Shown here in pieces: positions 24,558-36,413 of a DNA stretch of 64,000 nucleotides. The notes below the pieces were generated by a model. It was not told the origin of the DNA and searched no databases. It saw nothing but the letters and a program-made list of their open reading frames with translations. This DNA is from Selaginella moellendorffii (lineage: Eukaryota; Plantae; Lycopodiophyta). The number at the start of each line of letters is the position of its first letter. The stretch's first letter is position 1. The stretch lies in contig NW_003314265.1 of the NCBI RefSeq assembly GCF_000143415.4, positions 3,840,443 through 3,904,442 on the forward strand. The letters run 5' to 3'. Made by a program: the position numbers and the translations under genes.

Positions 24558-27500
24558 TGTCGCGAATGTGACTTCGGGTATCGAAAGTTACCTGTCAGCT
24601 AGTCCTTTCGGATATTCTTTCCTTACTGCCACGATAGCAGGAGGTCGGTATTGCTGGACCCGTTATCAGTTTCCCATTTGAGCTAGTTGAGAAACTGGTC
24701 AATGACTATGCACTTAGATTGGATAAACATAAGGTAGGAACCCTATGTGTTTCTTGCTGAGCATACTCGGCCTGGTTTGAGAAACTTGAGTCATTGGCTT
24801 GCACTTGCTAGTATCAAGAACCCCCGCGTATTGAGATTAGTCCCTCAATATCGCTAGATGATAGCTTACCGTGTCTGCCAAACACCCTCGCTATCATGCC
24901 CTTTGTGTTAGTCTCATTTCGGTCCCAAATGCTATTTATGGAAAGTGTCCAGATTAGCTCATTTGGCATATCTACGGAATGTAGAGATCGGCCTGAACAC
25001 AATGGTGTCCGTCCTGTGTCCAAATTCGCAATCTAGCGCCATTCCATATTTAGTAAGTTTCAAGCTTGTCCCAGAGACTAACTCCTGGTACTAAGGGTAG
25101 GCTTGGGGTGAAAGCCCAAAGCGTGTGTTCCTCAAGGGGGGGGGGGCTATGGGGGGTTCCAAATGTATAGTAGGGATAGTGGGTAGGTCGGGCATGGCCG
25201 ACCAACCTGAGGCATAATCTAGCTCCCGCTTGCGTGTCTGTCCTTGTTTTGCGTCCGGCTTGGGTCTAAGCCCAAGCTCCACACCATGCTAGTTGGTGGG
25301 GTACCTATATCCTCGCGTTAGGCCACCGGTATGCCGAAATAGTGCCAGACTCCGTTTGGCTCCGTTTTGCGTGTTGGTCCTAGCATTGGGATGCTGGTTA
25401 CTCTAGGATTGTTCCAAGTCACTCCGGGCTCCTGTCCCTTCGCTCCTTGGGCTTTACGCTCGGGAGTTGCTTCGTGGATCGGTTTTGTCACTCCTTGGCT
25501 CCATGCTTGGGAGTTTGGCACTGTTCCTTCGTTCAGTGGCCCAAGGCCCTGAACCTCGGGTTCCTATGGACACGTGGCATGGACACGTGGCATATGACAC
25601 GTGGCATCTGTCACGTGGCACAAAAAGGGTTTAGGTTCCGCTTCGTGGTGTTATCCTATGGTAAATCACCATAGGATAAAGGGTCAAAACCACGTGCGCT
25701 ACATTTGGTATCAAAGAATACGTCTCAGCGAGTACTATACAATGAGATTGGGCAACTAGTCTCGTTGCATACTGTCGCGCATGTGACTTCGGGTATCGAA
25801 AGTTACCTGTCGACTAGTCCTTACGGACACTCTTACCTTACTGCCACGATGGCAGGAGGTCGGTACTGCTGGTTCCCTTTATTGGCCCCTCTTGTTCAAG
25901 TGTTAGTAAACTGGACTTTGCATCTGTACTTGGCCGGATGAGCATAAGGAAGGAATTCCTAAGTGTCTATTTAGCTGAGCATACTTGGCCCGGCTTGTTA
26001 GTTCTCTTTTGCTCTGTCTTGCACTGGCTTGACAAGAACCCTCGCGTATTGAGATTGGTCCCTCAATATCGCTACATGATAGCTTACCGTGTCTGCCAAA
26101 CACCCTCGCTATCATGCCCTTTGTGTTAGTCTCATTTCGGTCCCAAATGCTATTTGTGGAAAGTGTCCAGATTTGCTCATTTGGCATATCTACGGAATGT
26201 AGAGATCGTCCTGAACACAATGGTGTTCGTCCCATGTCCAAATTCGCAATCTAAGGACATTCCATATTTAGTAAGTTTCGAGCTTGTCCCAGAGACTAAC
26301 TCCTAATACTAAGGGAGGCTTGGGGTGAAAGCCCAAAGCGTGTGTTCCTCAAGGGGGGGGGGCTGTGGGGGGTTCCAAATGTATAGTAGGGATAGTGGGT
26401 AGGTCGGGCATGGCCGACCAACCTGAGGCATAGTCTAGCTCCCGCTTGCGTGCCTGTCCTTGTTCTGCGTCCGGCTTGGGTCTAAGCCCAAGTTCCATTC
26501 CATGCTAGTTGGTGGAGTACCCATATCCTCGCGTTAGGCCACCGGTATGCTGAAATAGCGCCAGACTCCGTTTGGCTCCATTTTGCGTGCTGGTCCTGGC
26601 ATTGGGATGCTGGTTACTCTAGGACTGTTCCAAGTCGCTCCGGGCTCCTGTCCCTTCGCTCCTTAGGCTTCATGCTCGGGAGTTGCTCCGTGGTTCGGTT
26701 CTGTCACTCCTCGGCTCCATGCTTGGGAGTTTGGCACCGTTCCTTCGTTCAGTGGCCCAAGGCCTTGAACCTCGGGTCCTGTGGACACGTGGCATGGACA
26801 CGTGGCATGTGACACGTGGCATCTGTCACGTGGCACAAAGAGGGTTTAGGTTCCGCTTCGTGGTGTTATCCTATGGTAAATCACCATAGGATAAAGGGTC
26901 AAAACCACGTGCGCTACACATACGCAGAGATGAAAACGATGATCCGAGTGGGTACACGTTTGGGTGCAAAGGCTTCGCAATCGTTCCTTGGGTATGGATT
27001 TGGTTACCTTGTTGTACCTTATGATATGAGCTTGCTCTTGGGCTCATAGGATGGATTTGAGGTGTACCATTTCACACGAGTTTGTGCTTGGACTCGTGAG
27101 TAAGGCACATTAGCAACTCAAGGTTACACATTGAGTTGGTAGGAATAATGTTAACCTATCAGTGGGTCCATGAGTTGTTCCATGTACCATGAGTGAAAGC
27201 AAATCTCCCTGGGTTTGCTGTGAGTGGCAATAGGCTGGTCCGTAGCTGTTTAGCACAGCACTAGTGGATCCTTCTTAGGCATGATTACAAGTGGATCAAT
27301 CAAGACTGTAGGGATGAGTCTATTGATTCAAGTAATCATTGCCGTGCTCTCTTATAAACTTTTCTTGGATTGGACTGAAGGCAGTGCGAAAGCAAGCTTA
27401 AGGTTTAGTCAAAGATGAGACCGAAAAGAGAGTCGTCGGGGATGAAGGATCAAATACGTAAATCATTTTCTTTTCTTGGAGATATGATTTGCAACGAGGT

Positions 27501-30500
27501 GTAACTCATTGCTCATGTTCACCATATGCAATCAAGAGTCCCTATCTTGATGCATGTTGGAGATGATGGTCTTACAATGGTGAGTTGTGGGATGGATAGC
27601 GGTGAAGCGCTAAACCATTTTGTCTAAGCTTACTATTGGAAGACTTGAGTTATAATGCTCAATTCTTTTCCGAGGAACCTTGCTATTGCTCCTTAAGTAG
27701 CTTGGTGTTGGATTAGTTTTGAGTTTGGTCGGAAAGAAAGTGGCACAAGCTTGTTCGTGTTGTGAACAAAAGTTAGTGGTGTTAAGTGTTGTAAGTCTTT
27801 ATTGGTGAAGTGTGGCATTTTATGTTGCATTTTGTCGAGTCGAGTTGACACTTGATACTCACATAAACCTTTGAAATAATGACATTAGCATTGCTCGTGG
27901 TGTTGCTCAATTGATGATCAAGTCATTGTGATTTTTATATCATATCCATGTGATAATGAGCAATGTGTTTACGAAGTTGCTTGGTTAAATGATGATCAAC
28001 CCCAAAGTGGTTGATGGTGAAGCTAGTCTACTTGCATGTAGTAGCATGTAGTAGCTTCGACTGGATTCTCAATAGTGATTCATTATGCTAAGCTTAAGTT
28101 GGTTCCTTGTTCCTTGAGGGTTTGCCCATGAGGTGTTGGAAAAGGGTTGTAGCATTCATTTGTTATAGCTTGTTGGTTTATCCGTTAACACTTGGAGTAG
28201 ATTGTTGGATGGAGAAGGTGTGTAGTTGAGGCGTTGACATCACTAGCACTTGTGTTAGTGAATGTGGCATTGTTATTTCGAGTGATGAGGATTTTCCTTA
28301 GAGCTTGATTTTCTATTCATTTTTCTTGTTAGTGTTTTGGCTTCACGTTGGATCTTGAAGGTGATTGACAAATAGTGTTAGTGCAATATGGATATCCGAA
28401 GATATGGTCTTCGTGATCAAACCTTGGATGTTCACTTTGCATTTTTGCGGATATTGGAGTTGAATGTCAGAAGTATGGGCAAAAAGATGTTCGAAGCTTA
28501 AGCATACTATGGGTCATGAGAATCGGTGTTGAAGTGAACATATGTGAAGTTGTTAGTAGGAGGAAGTTGGTTGAGTCTTGAAAGTTTGTATTCCTGGACT
28601 GAGAGTCATTCTTTCTCTAGGATAGAAAATTTTCCACAAATTTTGTTAGGCTTTTCCAATGGCTGATCTGTTGATCACTTTGTCCAAAAATCATTCCGTT
28701 TTCGTAAGCTGATACAAACTAGTGAAGGGGTTGGAGTTGACTTTGGTTAGCTTAAACCTTAGTAGGTAGTTGTATGATGCGACCCGAAAGGGATGCTGAC
28801 TTTTGGGGCTAAGGCAATTGAGTTGAATAAAGTCTAGAGTTGGTGTAGAAAAGTGGCCGTTGCACTTTTCTAGAAAGGTGACCCTTGTGCCTTTCTTTTG
28901 TAGCATTATGCTTGGTGGCAGGTTGCACCTTGCATTTCGTTAGACTCTATGAGAGTAGTGAGTTCTCACTGATCTTGACTTGGTCTTGGTAGCCTTGTGC
29001 CTTGGCTGAGGATGGTGATGTCCAACTTAGTTGTTTGAGGTTGAGATGTTAGTACCCATACTATAGCTTTGTCTATGAGGAGGTTGTGTACTGATATGAG
29101 TTCATCTCATGATCTTCACTTTAGTTTCGACTGAGTGTTGATCATGTATAGCTAGCCTCTTCTAAGGCATGCTCAGAGCTGTTGGCTAAATGCATTGGTG
29201 AGCTTATTGTGGTTGAGTTGGAGTCAAGTGGTCATTTAGTTTGTGTTTGTCCATGAACCTTTATCTCGACCTGGGGTATCACATTTATGTTGGACATGTA
29301 TATGACTCGATGGCATGAGTTTAGTGTTTGGGTCTTGTAGAGACAAGTTGAAGAGTGGCTGTTAGTTGCTTTGCGACTAGTGATTGCTTGTAGACTTCGT
29401 TGAGGACTGTGGACACTTGCTTCGTTCGATGATGATTTAGCAGTGATGGGCTTGCTTTACCGGATGGTGTTGCGGAGGATCGTGTCGTTAGACTTACATG
29501 GGTTTTCCATGTTGACATTTCGACTCTACCTCTATCAATATCATTTGGTTGTATTTAGTCCATGGTGTTAGATTTCATTGAGTCTTGGAAGTGGTGATTC
29601 ACTCCTAGAGGAAGTGTTATCTGTAACTGAGTTTTGCTGAAAGATTGGTCTCGGATACTGTGTAATGTATCTTCGGTTTAGGTTAGCTTGGTTGCTAGAG
29701 AGCTTTGAGTGGTGATTCACTCTTGCTTTCTTCTAGCTTGTTATGATGTTGATGGCATTAAAGTGATGCCTTGTCGTTGATATTATTGGTATTGAGATTT
29801 GAGTGAAATGAGATGTCTCTCCTTAGAATTGATATTGAGTTTCATTGGTCTCGATAAAGATAGTGTTGATGATTTGGCTACGGCTTTATGTTATTGACAT
29901 TCGTGCATTTGCTAGTTAGCAACTGTATTGATGTTCAAACAAGCTGAGTGGCAAGTTTGGGTTAGTTGTGTTCTAGACAAGATTAATTAGTAGAGGTTGA
30001 GCTTTAGCTTTTCCTTGAAAAGTGATTTAGTTGTGGACTATGCTAACTCTATGAGAGGAAGAGTTAGTGATTGGTATTGACGTGATTGAATCCTTGTTGG
30101 ATTTCAGTTGGGATATATCGATCATTGATGATTCTTCTTATGCTTGTTATGAAGTGAGTTACATCTTACTATAGATGGATTCATGGAGGATCATTTAGTG
30201 ATCATTTGTTGAGCATAGCTCCATTGTGCTTAGGTTTTAAATTGATGCAGATATGCTCTTCATTATCTCTAGCATTATGAAGTTTAGCTTATGTATATGT
30301 TGAAAAGGATATTGTGGGTCGCACCATGATTTCTTTTTTAGCATTAAAGTTAGTTCATGCAAGATTTGTGATCATTGTTAGGCAAGACTTGGCTATAGGC
30401 TTCTTCGAGCTTTTGGTTCTTTGAGTTTTCATGCTCATTATTCCATTTGTTAAAAGTTGTTGGGGAAGGCATTCTGACTCATAGCTTCGATATTGAAGTT

Positions 30501-32974
30501 AGTATTTTGCATTTGGCAATCATTGGTGATGATTGACTATCATCTAAGATAGTTGATTATCCTTGTCAAAAGGTTTTGCTTGATTATTGTTGATATCGAA
30601 TAATTCGCTATTCTTCGGGATAGTGGATTCTTTCTTCGATAATGATTATGCATTTTTTTATTGATGGGATGGTTGATGATCTTTCATGATGGTTAGTTGT
30701 TCTCTTTGATGGCTTATGGCTTTTCGCAATACCACATGTTCCTTGTGGTTTGCTTTGGATTGGTCTGTTGGGTTTGAGACATCAAAAGGATGTTGCTAAC
30801 ACTTGCTTAGGCAACTTGAGTTCCTTGGTGTTGTTGGCTGGGATCTATTTGGATTGGCTAGTGTGATAGTTGGCATAAATGGGTGTTTGTTGGTCTTACC
30901 GCATTCATTCTGTTCTGTTGATTATTGCTCGAGTTAGTTCTGATAGGTTGGGATGTTATTTCCTTCGGGTGATACATTCGCAAGCATTGTGCTTGTCAAT
31001 CAATGATACTTTGTGTTCTTTGAGTTATCTTTGGTAAGTTATTTGGCATACTATCTGCCATCTTCGATAGTTAAGTTTCATCATTGAGTTTCCTTGATGA
31101 TGCATAGGCTATTGAATTTTGTTGGATAAGTGAATCCTATGTTTACCAATTATGATGATCTTGGTGGTTCCTATATGCTCATACTAGTTTATCGGATGAT
31201 AACTTATTTAGAATACTTTTGTATTCTAATCTATGCTTTATTCATTGATAATTAAGTCTCTAAGATATCATTGTTTATGACTTTGATATTGTCCATCTAT
31301 TGATCTTTGAGTTTGGGCCAGTATAGGTAGACTGGCTTCGGCACTTCGTGTGCATGTTGAAATCTCTAGTCATGGGGTAGCTACTGTCGACTGGTCACAT
31401 AACCCGCCTCTTTGTCGATGTTCCTTATTCCGTTGAACGGGCGTGACCGTGTAAACAACTCTAACTGCCTGTTTACAGTAGTCTATCTAAACCTTACCGA
31501 CGGGTTTGGTTTCTTTGCTTAGGAGGGTTGGGGCCTCTGGCTTCTCTCTCTATGTCCCTGCGGGCAGGGGCATATCACACTTTTGTAGCTGGGTGACACC
31601 CAGAGCAGCAAGGGTGGCTGACTCCGTTGGTCATTTCCTTGTCGGCGACGGCCGGAAGGTGTCTGAGCTGGTAGCGCATCCGCGTTAGACAAAGAGGTTA
31701 CCCCTAACTCATTTAAGTTGGTGCATTTCTCACATAGTGTGAGTACCGTGAACTTTTTCTGGAGTTGTTTCCTTGGCGGTATTCTAGACTCGAGTGTGCA
31801 TCGACGAGGACGTCGATCTTCCCAAGGGGGGGAGAGTGTCGCGCATGTGACTTCGGGTATCGAAAGTTACCTGTCAACCTGTCCTTACGGACACTCTTAC
31901 CTTACTGCCACAATGGCAAGAGGTCGGTACTGCTGGTTCCCTTTATTGGCCCCTCTTGTTCAAGTGTTAGTAAACTGGACTTTGCATCTGTACTTGGCCG
32001 GATGAGCATAAGGACGGAATTCCTAAGTGTCTATTTTGCCAAGCATACTTGGCCCGGCTTTTTAGTTCTCTTTTGCTCTGTCTTGCACTGGCTTGGCAAG
32101 AACTCTCGCGTATTGAGACTAGTCCCTCAATATCGCCGGATGATAGCTTACCGTGTCTGCCAAACACCCTCGCTATCATGCCCTTTGTGTTAGTCTCATT
32201 TCGGTCCCAAATGCTATTTATGGAAAGTGTCCAGATTTGCTCATTTGGCATATCTACGGAATGTAGAGATCGTCCTGAACACAATGGTGTTCGTCCCATG
32301 CCCAAATTCGCAATCTAAGGACATTCCATATTTAGTAAGTTTCGAGCTTGTCCCAGAGACTAACTCCTGATACTAAGGGAGGCTTGGGGTGAAAGCCCAA
32401 AGCGTGTGTTCCTCAAGGGGGGGGGGGGGGGCTGTGGGGGGTCCAAATGTATAGTAGGGATAGTGGGTAGGTCGGGCATGGCCGACTAACCTGAGGCATA
32501 GTCTAGCTCCCGCTTGCGTGCCTGTCTTTGTTCTGCGTCCGGCTTGGGTCTAAACCCAAGTTCCATTCCATGCTAGTTGGTGGAATACCCATATCCTCAC
32601 GTTAGGCCACCGGTATGCCGAAATAGCGCCAGACTCCGTTTGGCTCCGTTTTGCGTGCTGGTCCTGGCATTGGGATGCTGGTTGCTCCAGGACTGTTCCA
32701 AGTCGTTCCGGGCCCCTGTCCCTTCACTCCTTGGGATTTATGCTCGGGAGTTGCTCCGTGGTTCGGTTTCGTCACTCCTTGGCTCCATGCTTGGGAGTTT
32801 GGCACCGTTCCCTCGTTCAGTGGCCCAAGGCCCTGAACTTCGGGTTCCTATGGACACGTGGCATGTGACACGTGGCATCTGTCACGTGGCACAAAGAGGG
32901 TTTAGGTTCTGCTTCGTGGTGTTATCCTATGGTAAATCACCATAGGATAAAGGGTCAAAACCACGTGCGCTACA
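24558..32974 (+). mobile_element. Non-autonomous LTR retroelement (LTRs 24558-25703 and 31837-32974)
   Basis: TG...CA LTRs of ~1.14 kb; PBS TGGTATCAAAG (tRNA-iMet-like) right after the 5' LTR; polypurine tract AAGGGGGGGAGAG before the 3' LTR; no long internal ORF. Confidence 0.9.
25773..26918 (+). mobile_element. Solo LTR of the same family nested inside the element
   Basis: Full TG...CA copy flanked by 5-bp TSD CATAC (25768-25772 and 26919-26923). Confidence 0.92.
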
Positions 32975-33044
32975 GGAATGAGCAAGCAATAAATGAGTCT
33001 CTAAAAAAGGGACATAAAAAGATCAACACATGACACGTGGAAGT

Positions 33045-33435
33045 GTCAAGATGGAATCTGAGGAGTTTGAGATAGACCCAAGAAGGGTCTGAAATGGACC
33101 GAGAAGGAGTCCAAGATGAAGTCCAAGATGAACCCAAGATGAACTTGAGATGGAGTCCGAGATGGAACCCGAGATGGAATCTGAGATGGACTCGAGATGA
33201 AGTCTAAGATGGACCCGAGATAAAGTCCGAGATAGACCCAAGATGAAGTCTGAGATGGACTTGAGATGGAGTCTGAGATGGAGTCCAAAAAGGACCCGAG
33301 ATGGAGTCCAAGGTTAAGATCGAGACCGAGACCAAGTCCCATACTGAGATCGAGATTGAGTCCAAGTCCAAGTTCTAGTCTGAGTTCAAGTCCGAGTCCA
33401 AGTCTGAGTTCGAGTCCGAGTCCGATTCTGAGTAT
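33045..33435. repeat. Degenerate tandem repeats (GAGATGGAGTCC-like 12-mers then 6-mers)
   Basis: Visible periodicity; explains low-complexity ORFs in the track. Confidence 0.75.
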
Positions 33436-35081
33436 GAGGGTGAAAGCCCAAAGCATTCATCTCTCAGACCCTAAGAGGTTTGATGAGCTCCAAAAGTATA
33501 ATAAAGGGAGGACTCTAGTGGAGCTAGTTTGGCCAAGAAAGGCCAGTATGACCAAGAAAGGCTATACCCATATGTTAGGTGATGATATAACTATTGAGGA
33601 ATCCAAGGCTAGAGTGAATATAGACAAACAAGCGGGGTAGTTTGGTGAAATGTTCAAGAACTAACTTTAGCTCCTTCGGGAGATCAAATGGTCGATGCTC
33701 TCAATCCAAGTATGGGTGGCACTACTACTTGGATACTTGGCATGGTTCAACAAAACCTCGTTTTAGCCCCATGGCTAAGGCACCCAAAGGCAGAAGGTGG
33801 GGAGAGTACCCATAAAGCTCGCATAAGGCCATAGTGTTTTGAAATGTTATCCCAAAGTCCTAAACTATAGAAAGGAAGAGGAACAATCCTCTAATGTAAT
33901 AACCAAAGATATAGTCACATGGTGAAGAAATCCTAGAGGATAGTGGGACTTAGTGGTTAAGCCTTTAGGCCTTGACCCAGTGGCAGTGTTGGCAAGCACA
34001 ATCATAAATAAGGGGATGGTCCAAAGTTGAGTTGAGCTCATGAGTTGAGCTCAATTCAACACAAGTCAACTCAAGTCAACATAGTCAATAAGAAATATTA
34101 CAAAGGAGATCTAAATTGAACAAATGAAGGTTCTAGCAAACTTTAAAATATTAAAATACGTAAATATCTAAGTTAAAAGTTTCTATAAGATTGAATTGTT
34201 TAAAAAAGACAAAGTTCATGAGAACCTATCTTTTATAAAACTATATTATTTTATTATGACAACTGTTACAGCTGTCATATTTGATTTGACTACTTAATAT
34301 TTTGAATACTTTTACAGCTGTAGATACTATTCCTTCATTCAAAAGAGTTTTTAGGGTTCTTGAGAAGATGGGAAGCAAGGAAAATACAAGATCTGTGAGT
34401 AAGAGTTGTAGTGCAAAGGAATGTGAGAATGTTAATTTTGTTTCACTACCACAATCTCCATATTACACTCCTGGTCCTTATTACCTATCTGGGAATGTGG
34501 AGACCACTATCACGATTGATAAAAATGCTCCTGTTACTTCTGAAACAACAGTCCAGAGCAAGAGAAATGAAGAAATGAACAGCACAGCGGAAAGCACCAA
34601 GAAATCTACTCCATAAAACTTTCTATGACATTTGTAATTTACATATTAATTCATATTAAAAACTCTATTGCTTGCCTATATCGCAATGATAAGACCAAGG
34701 TATATTTTGCAGTGAATCCTCATTAAAAGTTTTTGGGAATTGTTTGTAAATAATGATAAAAGAAATCAAAATCTTTCGAAAGACTCAAAAGTAATATCAC
34801 ATCAAAGAATCAACTTTATCTACACTTCCAAGACTAAAAGGCAATCTCACATGAGAGAATGGTAGCGTGCCAACGTGCTCTACCACTATAATGTGGTCTA
34901 TATTTCCTTGCAATTTATTTCCGTAGACATTTGGCATGTGTAGAAAAGAATATATGTGTAGCAAAGTAGGATTCATCATAATGATAGAGCATGTGTATAC
35001 ACGATAATCTAAAATTCTAGAAGCTCTTATGTTTACAAGAAAGCTATGATTATGAAGCCCCATTTCCAAGACTGACATTTA

Positions 35082-35219
35082 AAGAATTTGAGTATTGTCA
35101 GTGTCATAATAAATAAACCTCATTCCCAAGAATCTGAGTAATGTCAGTGTCATAATAAATAAACCTCGTTCCCAAGAATCTGAGTATTGTCAGTGTCATA
35201 ATAAATAAACCGCATTCCC
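35082..35219. repeat. 3 x 46-bp tandem repeat inside the TIR element
   Basis: AAGAATCTGAGTATTGTCAGTGTCATAATAAATAAACCTCGTTCCC units starting 35082, 35128, 35174. Confidence 0.95.
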
Positions 35220-35311
35220 AAGACTAAAACTTAGTATATAAACTATCTAGAAAAGTTATAGTCATTATAGGTTTTTTGTTCTCCTTGAGCTCCTTAGAAG
35301 TTTATATTGAA

Positions 35312-35857
35312 ATGGCTCAAAGGAGACCCATTGCTAATCGTACTTGGCCCCCCAGCATTTCATATCAATCTCCACCTCCATCCCCAAGTTCTACCAACAT
35401 TCCACCTTCACCTCTACGTAACAATCCTTTTTCTGCTGAGGGCTCTAGTGAAGCTGAATTAGAGCTCCCTATATGTGAAATTCCGGATCTTGCTACTAGA
35501 GAGGGATTGCCTTTAGCGCTTCAAGAGCAATGCCACATGTTTTTGCAAGATCTTGCTCCTGACATGGCAGGACTACTTGAAAGCACAGAACGCTATTACA
35601 TTCGGTGTCCAATATGCTACTTTTTCTTGGACAAGACAAATGGCTCTATGGGTTTACAAACTTTTCTTGAGCATTGTAAGAATTGCCCAACGGCAGGTCT
35701 GGAAAATGTGCACATGTGGATGTACAATAGATTCAAGAATGAGTTACAGACACATACCCACTATCGCTTCATGGTGAGGAACAACATCCCCTTGGGAAAC
35801 ACTACATTGGCTAGTGCAAAATATGGGGTTTTTAGGCCACCCTATAGTGGAATGTAA
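35312..35857 (+). CDS. Small zinc-finger protein (CPxC..H..H, zf-XS-like), left-end cargo ORF
   Basis: Pro/Ser-rich N-terminus then RCPICYFF..GLQTFLEHCKNC..HMWMYNRFKNELQTHTHY; paralogous to 44905-45357. Confidence 0.6.
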   Translation: MAQRRPIANRTWPPSISYQSPPPSPSSTNIPPSPLRNNPFSAEGSSEAELELPICEIPDLATREGLPLALQEQCHMFLQDLAPDMAGLLESTERYYIRCPICYFFLDKTNGSMGLQTFLEHCKNCPTAGLENVHMWMYNRFKNELQTHTHYRFMVRNNIPLGNTTLASAKYGVFRPPYSGM

Positions 35858-36080
35858 GATCTAGAATTACTTTACTATACTATAGTATTGTCACTATTAA
35901 AAGAAAAAATATAATAAAATGATATTAGTTATAGGTAACATACCTTGTTCTAGAAGGTGCTATCATATCATATACAATTGTTTACAAAATGTTGAAGGAG
36001 GAGATGGCAACACACAAACGCTACAAAATGATGGTGACAGGTGAGAATGATAATCTATAATTATGGTATCTGACACTAAC

Positions 36081-36170
36081 ACTGACATCTGACAATTTTA
36101 TTGACATCTGACAATTTTACTGACATCTGACAATTTTACTGACATCTGACACTTTCACTGACATCTAACA
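36081..36170. repeat. ~4.5 x 19-bp tandem repeat inside the TIR element
   Basis: ACTGACATCTGACAATTTT units. Confidence 0.9.
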
Positions 36171-36413
36171 TATAACAAGCTTTCCATTTTATGTAAGGAT
36201 GCAATTAACTTTCTTCTGCCTCATCATCAACATAATGATTTCTTTTATACTTCCTCCTATAGTGGTATTGTGGGGAAGATTCACCTTGCATATGTTGAGC
36301 CATGGCTTCTGCATAGTCAGGGAGACTTCGAAAGCCTCCAATTCTAGAAACTCCAGGTGATTATGATCTATAAAATAGAATGAAATATATATTGAAATTT
36401 TAATAAACATAAT

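Noticed and set aside
24814-32945. Recurrent ORFs inside the LTRs
   Set aside because: They recur only because the LTR is repeated, and lengths and frames vary between copies
33023-33640. Low-complexity ORFs (LGLGL / EMES / SPSPS)
   Set aside because: Explained by degenerate 6/12-bp tandem repeats
34302-35078. Extra cargo ORFs 34302-34616 and 34797-35078
   Set aside because: No recognisable motifs; the first overlaps subterminal sequence that is non-coding in the 23.5 kb copy
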